64,000 nt of DNA, taken from contig CAVYQE010000001.1 of NCBI GenBank assembly GCA_963770565.1, positions 864,001 through 928,000 on the forward strand, in the 5' to 3' direction. Position numbers and translations under genes: made by a program. This document shows, one piece after another, positions 20,264 to 29,204 of this stretch. The notes beneath the pieces are model-generated. The model was not told where the DNA came from. It worked only from the letters and a program-made list of their open reading frames with translations, and did not search any database. Origin of the DNA: an uncultured Actinomycetota bacterium. GTDB taxonomy: Bacteria > Actinomycetota > Actinomycetes > JAFAQI01. Positions within the stretch are counted from its first letter, which is position 1; each line of letters starts with the position of its first letter.

Positions 20264-21519
20264 CAGTTCCGGTGCTCACCGCCGTCGGTGATGCTCGGTG
20301 GGAGGCCGATCTCAGCGCCGGGCTGAGTCGGGACGCCCATGGCGTGCAGGTGGTACGCCGTTGCGTGGATCTGGCCGACCTGCTCGCGGCCGCGGCCGCC
20401 GGGCTCGCCCGCGCCGTCATATTGTCGGCCGATCTGCGCCGGCTGGACCGCGAGGCGCTCAGCCGGCTCGCGTTCGCCCGGGTCGCAGTGGTCGGCCTGG
20501 TGGGGGCCGGCGACGAGGGTGAGGACCGACGGCTCCGCCAGCTCGGGGTCCGGCACGTGCTGCCGCATGACGCATCGAGCCAGGCGGTGTCGACGGCGGT
20601 CCTGGCCGCGGTCGGCGAGCTGGCCGGAAGCCCCGAGAACGACTCGTCACCCGCACCCCCCGCCCCCGCTGAAGACGTTGTCTCGAGCCCGGTCGCGACG
20701 GGGAAGGTCGTGGCGGTCTGGGGCCCGGTCGGTGCGCCCGGCCGTACGACGATCGCGGTCAACCTAGCGGCTGAGATCGCGGCGCTCGGAGTTCCGGTGC
20801 TGTTGATCGATGCCGACACCTACGGCGGGGTGGTCGGGCAGGTGCTCGGGGTGCTGGACGAGGCGCCCGGCCTTGCCGCGGCCTGCCGGCTGGCCAATAA
20901 CGGAGTCCTCGACGCGGAGGCCCTGAGGGGTGTGGCGCTCGAACTGCGGCCGACGCTGCACGCGCTCACCGGGATCACCAAGGCCGACCGCTGGCTGGAG
21001 ATCCGGGCCAGCGCGTTCGCCAACGTTCTGGAGGTGGCTCGGTCGGCAGCCGCGTTCATCGTGATCGACTGCGGGTTCTGCCTCGAGCAGGACGAGGAGC
21101 TCGCGTACGACACCGTCGCGCCTCGACGGAACGCCGCCACACTGGTCGGGCTCGACGCAGCCGACGTCGTGGTCAACGTCGCCGGCGCAGACCCGGTCGG
21201 GTTGGCTCGATACCTCCGCACTGCCGCTGACTGTGCAGCACTCACTACCGGCCGATGCGTGACGGTGGCGAACCGGGTGCGGCGCGGCGTGGTCGGCCCC
21301 GGCGATCCCCGCCGGGAGATCGCGGCCGCGCTCGAGCGCTATGCCGGCATCACCGACGTGCTGATGGTGCCGGACGACTCAGCGGCCATCGACGCTGCGC
21401 TCGCGAGCGGCCGGACCCTCGGCGAGGCTGCCCCGGTCTCGCCGGCCCGCGTCGCAATCCGGTCGCTCGCCTCGCAGGTCGCCGGCGTGCCCGAGCCCAC
21501 TCGCCGGCGCCGGCGCTAA
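20260..21519 (+). CDS. CpaE/MinD-like P-loop ATPase with N-terminal receiver-like domain
   Basis: VVAVWGPVGAPGRTTIAVNLA deviant Walker A, LLIDADTYGG, IVIDCGF; ATGA overlap with the SAF gene. Confidence 0.8.
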   Translation: MTVPVLTAVGDARWEADLSAGLSRDAHGVQVVRRCVDLADLLAAAAAGLARAVILSADLRRLDREALSRLAFARVAVVGLVGAGDEGEDRRLRQLGVRHVLPHDASSQAVSTAVLAAVGELAGSPENDSSPAPPAPAEDVVSSPVATGKVVAVWGPVGAPGRTTIAVNLAAEIAALGVPVLLIDADTYGGVVGQVLGVLDEAPGLAAACRLANNGVLDAEALRGVALELRPTLHALTGITKADRWLEIRASAFANVLEVARSAAAFIVIDCGFCLEQDEELAYDTVAPRRNAATLVGLDAADVVVNVAGADPVGLARYLRTAADCAALTTGRCVTVANRVRRGVVGPGDPRREIAAALERYAGITDVLMVPDDSAAIDAALASGRTLGEAAPVSPARVAIRSLASQVAGVPEPTRRRRR

Positions 21520-22731
21520 TCAGCGGTGTAGGTAGCGGCCGAGCTCCTGCCGCGCCACCGATCGGATGTGGACCTCGTCCGGCCCGTCGGCAAGTCGTAG
21601 CGTGCGTGCACCGGCGTACATCTCGGCGAGTGGGAACACGTCGCTGACACCGCCGCCCCCGTGTACCTGGATCGCGCGGTCGATGACCTCGCAGGCCATT
21701 CGGGGCGCGATGACCTTGATCGCTGCGACCTCGGTACGGGCGCCCTTGGCGCCGACCGTGTCGATCATCCATGCGGTCTTGAGGGTCATCAGCCGGGCCT
21801 GCTCGATCGCCATCCGCGACTCGGCGATCTGGGCCTGTACGACGCCCTGTTCGGCCAGGGTCTTGCCGAACGCGACCCGCGAGATCGCCCGCTGACACAT
21901 CAGCTCCAGGGCCCGCTCGGCCATGCCGACCGCGCGCATGCAGTGGTGGATCCGGCCCGGACCGAGCCGCGCCTGGGCGATCGCAAAGCCGCCGCCTTCC
22001 TCGCCGATCAGGTTCGATGCCGGCACCCGTACGTTCTCGTAGGTGATCTCGCAGTGGCCGTGCTGGTCCTGGTAGCCGAACACCGGCAGCGGCCGGACGA
22101 CGGTCACGCCCGGCGCGTCCATCGGCACCAGGATCATCGACTGCTGTTGATAGCTGTTGGCGTCGGGGTTGGTCTTGCCCATCACGATCATCACCGCGCA
22201 GCGCGGGTCGGCGGCGCCGCTGATCCACCACTTGTGGCCGTTGATCACATACTCGTCACCGTCGCGCCGGATCTCGGTCGAGATGTTGCGGGCGTCCGAC
22301 GACGCGACACCGGGCTCGGTCATCGCAAACGCGGAGCGGATCTCGCCGTCGAGCAGCGGACGCAGCCACCGCTCCTTCTGCTCGGTCGTGCCGAACAGGT
22401 GCAGCACCTCCATGTTGCCGGTGTCCGGCGCCGCGCAGTTGATCGCCTCAGGCGCGATCCGCGACGAGCGGCCAGTGATCTCGGCCAGGTGCGCGTAGTC
22501 GACGTTGCTCAGCCCCGAGACGTCGGGCAGGAACAGGTTCCACAGCCCGCGCGACCTCGCCTCCACCTTGAGCTCCTCGATGACCGGCGGCACGTGGTGG
22601 ACCTTGCCCTGCTCCGCGAGCGAGCGCCGTTGCTCGTCGTACACGCGCTCGGCCGGGTAGACGTGGCTGTCCATGAAGTCGTTCAAGCGCTTGGAGTAGT
22701 CCTCGGCGCTTGCCGACAGCGCAAAATCCAC
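21520..22731 (-). CDS. Acyl-CoA dehydrogenase (ACAD10/11-like)
   Basis: [56 protein letters not shown]. Confidence 0.92.
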   Translation of the reverse strand: MDFALSASAEDYSKRLNDFMDSHVYPAERVYDEQRRSLAEQGKVHHVPPVIEELKVEARSRGLWNLFLPDVSGLSNVDYAHLAEITGRSSRIAPEAINCAAPDTGNMEVLHLFGTTEQKERWLRPLLDGEIRSAFAMTEPGVASSDARNISTEIRRDGDEYVINGHKWWISGAADPRCAVMIVMGKTNPDANSYQQQSMILVPMDAPGVTVVRPLPVFGYQDQHGHCEITYENVRVPASNLIGEEGGGFAIAQARLGPGRIHHCMRAVGMAERALELMCQRAISRVAFGKTLAEQGVVQAQIAESRMAIEQARLMTLKTAWMIDTVGAKGARTEVAAIKVIAPRMACEVIDRAIQVHGGGGVSDVFPLAEMYAGARTLRLADGPDEVHIRSVARQELGRYLHR

Positions 22732-22778
22732 AATGCCCTCCTGGGGGTCAGAGGACCAGTCTCCTACGATCGGTCCTC

Positions 22779-23354
22779 GTGACGATTCCCGGGCGTGGAG
22801 ATCTCGCGCCGCCGCGCCACCACGTGGCGATCGGGCGCTGGCTGGTGACCTTGGTGGTCATCCTGCTGCTGGCCGCCGGCGGCTATTTCGCCTTCCTTGG
22901 TCTAAGCGGTGGATCGCCGAAGTCGTCCGGCTCCTCGCTGCCGCTGTGCCCGACCGGGTCGACCGCTGCGCACGCCCCCAACCCCGGCCCGCTCCGCCTG
23001 ACCGTCAAGAACGCGACCATGCGCAACGGCCTGGCTGCCTCCGTATCGGCAAAGCTGAAGAAGCGCGGGTTCCATGTGCTCTCGATCGGCAACACGGTGC
23101 TGATGAAGCACGGTGTTGCCTCGGTTCGCTACTCGGCCGACCGTCGCCTGGTCGCCGCCAAGGTCGCGGCTCAGATCGCCGGCTCGACCCTGGTGCCGGC
23201 CGGCGGACACGGCGTGGTGGAGCTGGATCTCGGACCGGGCTTCCGCGCCCTCGCTAGCCCCGCCGTGGCCGCGGCGGCGTACCTGAGATTGCTGCCCCAC
23301 GCTTCTCCGTCACCCACTCCGACCACGACCGGAAGCTGCCGACCTCGTGCCTGA
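22779..23354 (+). CDS. LytR C-terminal domain membrane protein
   Basis: TM helix then [30 protein letters not shown]...VELDLGPGF; start moved to GTG 22779 after TACGAT. Confidence 0.8.
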   Translation: MTIPGRGDLAPPRHHVAIGRWLVTLVVILLLAAGGYFAFLGLSGGSPKSSGSSLPLCPTGSTAAHAPNPGPLRLTVKNATMRNGLAASVSAKLKKRGFHVLSIGNTVLMKHGVASVRYSADRRLVAAKVAAQIAGSTLVPAGGHGVVELDLGPGFRALASPAVAAAAYLRLLPHASPSPTPTTTGSCRPRA

Positions 23355-23997
23355 GCTTCGTGCGTTGATCGTCGACTGGGGCGGGGTGTTGACCAGCCCG
23401 CTCCAGGACTCGATGACGTCGTGGTGCGACGCCGACGGCATCGACTACGTCGAGTTTCGCCGGGTGATGAAGGACTGGCTCGGTACGTCGTACGGCGACG
23501 ACGCTGAGCGCAACCCGGTGCACGCCCTCGAGCGCGGCGAGATGGACGTGCCCGACTTCGAGCGCGAGCTCGGCAGCCGGTTGCGTACGCACGACGGCGA
23601 GCCGGTCGAGGTGGACGGACTGCTGACCCGGATGTTTGCCGGCTTCGGTCCGCAGCCGTCGATGATCGAGGCGGTTCGCCACGCGAAGGCGGCCGGGCAC
23701 GCGACCGCGCTGCTGTCGAACTCCTGGGGCAACGACTACCCACGGGACGGCTGGGCCGAGCTCTTCGACGCGGTCGTCATCTCCGGCGAGGTCGGGATGC
23801 GCAAGCCGGAGGCGGAGATCTATCGATTGACCGCCGACCGGCTCGCGATCGGCCCGGACAGCTGTGTGTTCGTCGACGACCTGATCCCGAACGTTCGAGG
23901 GGCCCGTGAGGTCGGCATGGTGGCCGTCCACCACGTGACGCCGCAACAGACCCTCGACGAGCTCGAAGAACTGCTCGGGACGCCTCTTCGGGGCTGA
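23347..23997 (+). CDS. HAD-IA family phosphatase
   Basis: IVDWGGVL, LLSN, GMRKPEAEIY, VFVDD. Confidence 0.9.
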   Translation: MPELRALIVDWGGVLTSPLQDSMTSWCDADGIDYVEFRRVMKDWLGTSYGDDAERNPVHALERGEMDVPDFERELGSRLRTHDGEPVEVDGLLTRMFAGFGPQPSMIEAVRHAKAAGHATALLSNSWGNDYPRDGWAELFDAVVISGEVGMRKPEAEIYRLTADRLAIGPDSCVFVDDLIPNVRGAREVGMVAVHHVTPQQTLDELEELLGTPLRG

Positions 23998-24045
23998 TTC
24001 ACGCTCGGCCGACCCGATCCGGGTCAAGGTGCGAGACTGGGTGGT

Positions 24046-25440
24046 GTGACCGAACGGCTTTCTGCCCTCGACGTCTCGTTTCTCTACCTCGAGACGCCGA
24101 CGACGCCGATGCACGTGGGTGGCGTCGCTCGGTTCGCGCCACCGCCGGACTCGCCGTTCGACTACGACGCGCTGTGCGACCTGGTCGCCCGGCGGATCGG
24201 GTTGGTGCCCCGCTACCGCCAGAAGGTGCGGTGGGTGCCTGGCCACATCGCCAACCCGGTCTGGGTGGACGACGAGGACTTCGACATCACGTATCACGTC
24301 CGCCGCAGCGCACTTCCCAAGCCCGGAAGTGACGAACAGCTCAGGGAGCTCGTGGGCCGGCTGCAGGCGCGGCAGCTCGACCGGCACCGGCCGTTGTGGG
24401 AGATCTACCTGGTCGAAGGTCTTGCGGACGGTCAGTTCGCAATCATCACCAAGACCCACCACGCCATGGTCGACGGCATCAGCTCGGTCGACATCGCAAC
24501 CCTGATCCTCGACCTTGAGCCGACGCCGCGATCGACCCCCGACGACATGTGGGTGCCGCACCGGGAGCCGACGTCGCTCGGTCTCGTGGCCGACGCGGTC
24601 GTCGAAACCCTGCGGCGTCCGACGCAGATCATCGACACCGTCCGGGGCGGAGTGACCGATGCACGGGCGACCGCCGGGCGAGTGATCGGCGCTTTGGGTG
24701 GGCTCGCGACCTTTGCTCGTACGTCGCTGCGTCCCGCACCCACTTCGCCGCTGAACACCGAAATCGGTGAGCAGCGCCGATTCGGGATGGCGGCGACGCA
24801 GCTCGACGACTACAAGCGGATCCGCAAGACCCACGGCGGCACCGTGAACGACGTCGTCCTCGCGACCGTTGCCGGTGCGTTGCGGACGTGGTTGCTCACC
24901 CGTGGCGAGTCTGTCGTGGCCAGCACCGTCGTGCGCGCGATGGTGCCGGTCAGCGTCCGCAGCGACGCGCACGCGGGCGCGCTCGGCAACCGGGTGTCGT
25001 CGTACTTCGTCGACCTTCCGGTCGGTGAGCCGAACCCGGTCGTACGCCTGCATCAGGTGAGCTTCGCGATGACTGCGCACAAGGAGTCGGGCGATTCGAT
25101 CGGCGCGGATGCCTTGGTGCGGCTCACCGGCTTTGCGCCGCCGACGATTCACCTCGCCGCGGCGCGGCTGGCGTCCGGATTGTCGCGGCGGCTGTTCAAT
25201 GTGGTGGTAACGAACGTGCCCGGTCCGCAGTTCCCGCTGTATGCGGCCGGCGCGCAGATGATCGACTGGTATCCGGTCGTACCACTGGCGAAGGGGCAGG
25301 CTGTGACGATCGGCCTGACCTCCTACAACGGGGGCGTCTACTACGGCATGAACTGTGACCGCGATTCGATGCCGGACATCGACGTCCTTGCCAGCTGTAT
25401 CGAGGAGTCGTTGGCCGAGCTGCTGGAGACCGCACGATGA
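24046..25440 (+). CDS. Wax ester/triacylglycerol synthase (WS/DGAT)
   Basis: ERLSALDVSFL, RPLWEIYLVEGL, catalytic HHAMVDG, VTNVPGP. Confidence 0.93.
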   Translation: MTERLSALDVSFLYLETPTTPMHVGGVARFAPPPDSPFDYDALCDLVARRIGLVPRYRQKVRWVPGHIANPVWVDDEDFDITYHVRRSALPKPGSDEQLRELVGRLQARQLDRHRPLWEIYLVEGLADGQFAIITKTHHAMVDGISSVDIATLILDLEPTPRSTPDDMWVPHREPTSLGLVADAVVETLRRPTQIIDTVRGGVTDARATAGRVIGALGGLATFARTSLRPAPTSPLNTEIGEQRRFGMAATQLDDYKRIRKTHGGTVNDVVLATVAGALRTWLLTRGESVVASTVVRAMVPVSVRSDAHAGALGNRVSSYFVDLPVGEPNPVVRLHQVSFAMTAHKESGDSIGADALVRLTGFAPPTIHLAAARLASGLSRRLFNVVVTNVPGPQFPLYAAGAQMIDWYPVVPLAKGQAVTIGLTSYNGGVYYGMNCDRDSMPDIDVLASCIEESLAELLETAR

Positions 25441-26408
25441 GCGGCACGGCGCCACGTCGTGGCCTGGTCCTCGGTGGCGGCGGCGTGCTGGGTGCGTCCT
25501 GGATGATCGGGGCGATGTCGGCCTTGAGCACCGCACTCGACTGGGATCCGCGCGATGCCGAGGTGATCGTCGGTACGTCGGCTGGTTCGGTGCTGGCCGC
25601 GTTGCTCGGTAGCGGAATCGGGATCGACAGTCTGGTCAACCATCAACGCGGGGTGGTCGCCCCGGGTGACCCGCACATCGACTTCAACCCCGACACGGCG
25701 AGCGGCGGGTCGCTGCCGCCGAGACCTCATCTTCGGATCGGCTCGCGGTCACTCGTCGCCCGGACCGTGCTTCACCCGCGCCGGGTACCGGTGATGGCCG
25801 CGTTCGCTGCGCTGGCGCCGCGGGGTCGCGGAAGTCTCGAGCCGGTCGGGGACCTGGTCCGCGCCGCGAACCCGACCGGAGACTGGCCGACTGCGCCCGA
25901 AACCTGGATGGTCGCGATGGACTACGACTCCGGTCGCCGGATCGCGTTCGGCCGGGCCGACGCGCCGCTGGCGACGATGGCCGAAGCGGTCATGTCGTCG
26001 TGTGCGATCCCGGGGTGGTATGCCGCGATGGAGATCGGCGGCCGGCGTTACATCGACGGCGGGACGCTGTCGCCGACGTCGATCGATCTGCTCAGCGACC
26101 GAGGCCTCGACGAAGTCATCGTGCTCGCACCGATGGCGTCGTTCGACTACGACGACCCGCAGTCCGTCGTCGGCCGGATGGAGCGACGGTTCCGGCGCGC
26201 GATGACGAAGCGGGTCCTGCACGAGGCCGGCAAGGTCCGGCGCCGCGGGTCGAGCGTCACCGTGCTCGGTCCCGGCCGGGAGGACCTCGAGGCGATCGGT
26301 GTCAACCTGATGGATCACCGTCGCCGGGTCACGGTGCTCGAATCCGCGTTGCGCACGACGACGGCGGCGCTTGCGGACGCCGGTCCGCCGCTGTCCGCGG
26401 CCGGCTGA
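25437..26408 (+). CDS. Patatin-like phospholipase
   Basis: LVLGGGG, GTSAGS, SCAIPG, YIDGG; ATGA-coupled to WS/DGAT. Confidence 0.9.
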   Translation: MSGTAPRRGLVLGGGGVLGASWMIGAMSALSTALDWDPRDAEVIVGTSAGSVLAALLGSGIGIDSLVNHQRGVVAPGDPHIDFNPDTASGGSLPPRPHLRIGSRSLVARTVLHPRRVPVMAAFAALAPRGRGSLEPVGDLVRAANPTGDWPTAPETWMVAMDYDSGRRIAFGRADAPLATMAEAVMSSCAIPGWYAAMEIGGRRYIDGGTLSPTSIDLLSDRGLDEVIVLAPMASFDYDDPQSVVGRMERRFRRAMTKRVLHEAGKVRRRGSSVTVLGPGREDLEAIGVNLMDHRRRVTVLESALRTTTAALADAGPPLSAAG

Positions 26409-26420
26409 CCCGAGCCGCCA

Positions 26421-26924
26421 GTGCGCGTCTACCTTCCGGCGACGATGCGGGTGCTCGACCGCTGGCTCGCCGCTGGTGCGGCTACGAGCACTGATGCCGA
26501 CTCATCGATCTCCGCCTATGCCGTGACTCCGACCCTGCGCGAGTCCTACCACGATGCCGACATCGACGAGCTCGAGTACGTCGCGCAGCTCGAGGCGTCG
26601 GTCGGGTCGTTACGGTTGCTCGCGATCGACCAGGATGCGTCGCGGTGCCGGGTGGTCGTCGCGGCCGATGTCGCCGACGAGCTCGTGCACCTCCGGCCCG
26701 AGGACGGTCGCGCCTCGGTGCGGGTGGAGGGACCGGTCGAGGTGACCCGCTGGGCGAGCGCACTCGTCGACGCGCCGGAAGTCGCGCCCGGGGTCGGGAC
26801 CGCGGTCGCGAGCCTCGCCGCCGCCGCGGCCGGCGACGACGACGCACGGTTCGCGCTCGACGAGGCGGAGGCGCTCGAGCTGGGCTGGTACGCCGTACAG
26901 GAACTGCCCCACCTCCCGCGCTAA
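26421..26924 (+). CDS. Conserved actinobacterial protein (DUF6912-like)
   Basis: MRVYLPAT...AYAVTPTLRESY...DELEYVA...LGWYAVQEL. Confidence 0.7.
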   Translation: MRVYLPATMRVLDRWLAAGAATSTDADSSISAYAVTPTLRESYHDADIDELEYVAQLEASVGSLRLLAIDQDASRCRVVVAADVADELVHLRPEDGRASVRVEGPVEVTRWASALVDAPEVAPGVGTAVASLAAAAAGDDDARFALDEAEALELGWYAVQELPHLPR

Positions 26925-27003
26925 GCAATGTCACACTGCCCAGCGCTTTCGTGGGGTGATGTCACATTGCCCCCACGAAGTGGGGGGCAATGTGACATTG
27001 CTT
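26923..27003. repeat. About 81-bp nested palindromic (REP-like) element
   Basis: AAGCAATGTCACA...TGTGACATTGCTT termini; three ATGTCACA/TGTGACAT cores; inner hairpin ATGTCACATTGCCCC...GGGGCAATGTGACAT. Confidence 0.7.
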
Positions 27004-27046
27004 GTGACCAGCCCCCTGTGGTCGGTCCGGTGACAAGATGGCAGGC

Positions 27047-28675
27047 ATGGATGCTCTGACGACCGTGCCGATTCCCACCAATGAGCCGGTGCGGATGTAT
27101 GCGCCCGGCTCGGCCGAACGTGCGTCGTTGGAGGCGAAGCTCAAGGAGCTCGGCTCGGCCGGCCCGATCGAACTGCCGATGACGATCTCCGGTGAGCGAG
27201 TGTCCGGCAGCGGCGAGCCGATCGCGGTGGTCGAACCGCACCGGCACGCCTCGGTGCTTGGCCATACCTACAACGCGACCACTGCGCAGGTGGCCAGCGC
27301 CGTGGATGCGGCGCTCGCGGCCGGCCCGGCCTGGCGCGCGCTGAGCTTCGACGATCGCGCCGCGGTGTTCCTCAAGGCGGCCGATTTGCTGGCCGGACCG
27401 TGGCGGGACGAGCTCAATGCCGCGACCATGCTCGGCCAGTCGAAGACCTGCTATCAGGCCGAGATCGATGCGGCCTGCGAGACGATCGACTTCTGGCGAT
27501 TCAACGTGCACTTCGCCCGGGGCATCCTCGCCGAGCAGCCGATCTCGGCTCCTGGCGTGTGGAACCGCTTCGACCATCGCCCGCTCGAGGGATTCGTGCT
27601 GGCGATCTCGCCGTTCAACTTCACCGCGATTGCCGCGAACCTCGCGACCGCGCCAGCGCTAATGGGCGTGCCGGTGGTCTGGAAGCCGTCACCGACTCAG
27701 GGCTTCGCGGCGCAGACTTTGATGCGGCTGTTGGAAGCAGCCGGGTTGCCGCCGGGCGTCATCAACCTGGTGACCGGTGACGGACACGCGGTCAGTGAGA
27801 CTGCGCTCGTCCATCCCGATCTGGCCGGCGTGCACTTCACCGGCTCGACCGCAACGTTCCAGCAGTTGTGGCGAACCGTCGGCGGCAACCTTCCCGACTA
27901 CAAGAGCTACCCACGCCTCGTCGGTGAGACCGGCGGGAAGGACTTCGTTATTGCGCATCCGTCCGCGGATCTCGACGCGCTTCGAGTCGCGTTGGTGCGA
28001 GGTGCCTTTGAATACCAAGGGCAGAAGTGCTCGGCCGCGTCGCGTGCCTACATTCCGTCATCGGTCTGGAAGCGGCTTCGCGACGATCTGGTGGACGACG
28101 CGGCGGCGCTGCCGATGGGCGACGTGACCGACTTCTCGAACTTCCTCGGCGCCGTCATCGATCGGCGTTCCTTCGATCGGCTCGCCGGCGTCCTCGACCG
28201 GGTGAAGAGCGACTCGGCACTGTCCGTCCTGGTCGGTGGTGTCGCCGACGACAGCGTCGGCTACTTCGTCTCGCCGACGATCATTGTGGGTGACGACCCG
28301 ACCAACGAAGTGTTCACGACCGAATACTTCGGCCCGATTCTCAGCGTTCATGTCTACGACGACGCCGAGTTCTCCGCGATCCTGCAGCACGCCGCGACCT
28401 CGACGAAGTACGCGCTGACCGGCTCGATCATTGCGCAGGATCGGGGCGCGGTGGCCGAGGCGAGCGAGACGCTGAGGTACGCCGCCGGCAACTTCTACAT
28501 CAACGACAAGCCGACCGGCGCGGTGGTCGGCCAGCAACCGTTCGGCGGCGCGCGCGCCAGTGGTACCAACGACAAGGCCGGCTCTCCGCACAACCTGATG
28601 CGCTGGACGTCGCCACGCACGATCAAGGAGACCCTCGTCCCGGCGACCGACTGGCGTTACCCGCATCTCGGCTAG
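27047..28675 (+). CDS. pruA: L-glutamate gamma-semialdehyde (P5C) dehydrogenase
   Basis: MDALTTVPIPTNEPV, ISPFNFTAI, GETGGKDF, AFEYQGQKCSAASR, QPFGGARASGTNDKAG. Confidence 0.93.
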   Translation: MDALTTVPIPTNEPVRMYAPGSAERASLEAKLKELGSAGPIELPMTISGERVSGSGEPIAVVEPHRHASVLGHTYNATTAQVASAVDAALAAGPAWRALSFDDRAAVFLKAADLLAGPWRDELNAATMLGQSKTCYQAEIDAACETIDFWRFNVHFARGILAEQPISAPGVWNRFDHRPLEGFVLAISPFNFTAIAANLATAPALMGVPVVWKPSPTQGFAAQTLMRLLEAAGLPPGVINLVTGDGHAVSETALVHPDLAGVHFTGSTATFQQLWRTVGGNLPDYKSYPRLVGETGGKDFVIAHPSADLDALRVALVRGAFEYQGQKCSAASRAYIPSSVWKRLRDDLVDDAAALPMGDVTDFSNFLGAVIDRRSFDRLAGVLDRVKSDSALSVLVGGVADDSVGYFVSPTIIVGDDPTNEVFTTEYFGPILSVHVYDDAEFSAILQHAATSTKYALTGSIIAQDRGAVAEASETLRYAAGNFYINDKPTGAVVGQQPFGGARASGTNDKAGSPHNLMRWTSPRTIKETLVPATDWRYPHLG

Positions 28676-29031
28676 CTGTGGTCGGCGGGCGGGGCCTGCT
28701 CTAGCGCCTGCTTGACGTACGGCGCGAATCGTTGCTGCGCGGCTTGTTTGCTGACGCCGAGCGAGCGGCCGATCGCCGACCATGCGACGCCGTTCGCCCG
28801 GGCCTCACCGACCAGGGACAGCATCGCCCAGTCGACCCGCTCGGCGATCGCCGCCAACTGAGCCAGACCGGCCAGCAGGGACTCGGGGGAGTCGGCCGCG
28901 GTCTCGCCGGCCTCGGTTACCGTCGACCGGACCGCCCGCACGACGGCCGCGAGCGGCCGATCCTGGCCGGTCTCGCCACCGAGCCACCGGCGGTCGGCAT
29001 AGGACCGGTATGGCCAGGGGTTGGATCCCAC
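28672..29031 (-). CDS. Small HTH DNA-binding protein
   Basis: VGEARANGVAWSAIGRSLGVSKQAAQQRF; RBS GGGAGGA before GTG 29031. Confidence 0.7.
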   Translation of the reverse strand: MGSNPWPYRSYADRRWLGGETGQDRPLAAVVRAVRSTVTEAGETAADSPESLLAGLAQLAAIAERVDWAMLSLVGEARANGVAWSAIGRSLGVSKQAAQQRFAPYVKQALEQAPPADHS

Positions 29032-29080
29032 CAAATCCTCCCGAATCGGTTCGTCAATCCCACTTGACGTGACGCTCGAC

Positions 29081-29120
29081 AGTCTGGCCGGACGCGGCAG
29101 CGATGTCAACCCGGGTTGAC
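29081..29120 (-). promoter_or_regulatory. Sigma70-type promoter TTGACA-N17-CAGACT overlapped by palindrome GTCAACCCGGGTTGAC
   Basis: Minus strand -35 at 29109-29104, -10 at 29086-29081; perfect 16-bp palindrome 29105-29120. Confidence 0.6.
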
Positions 29121-29168
29121 TCGGGGAGGATCGAGACCTTTTGGTGATGTTTCATCGGCCAAATGGCG

Positions 29169-29196
29169 TCAAGGCCCGCGTAAAACCGGTCGATTT
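29169..29196 (+). promoter_or_regulatory. Putative sigma28 (FliA/WhiG-family) promoter TCAAG-N15-GTCGATTT
   Basis: TCAAG 29169-29173, GTCGATTT 29189-29196, ATG at 29205. Confidence 0.45.
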
Positions 29197-29204
29197 AACG
29201 CGCG

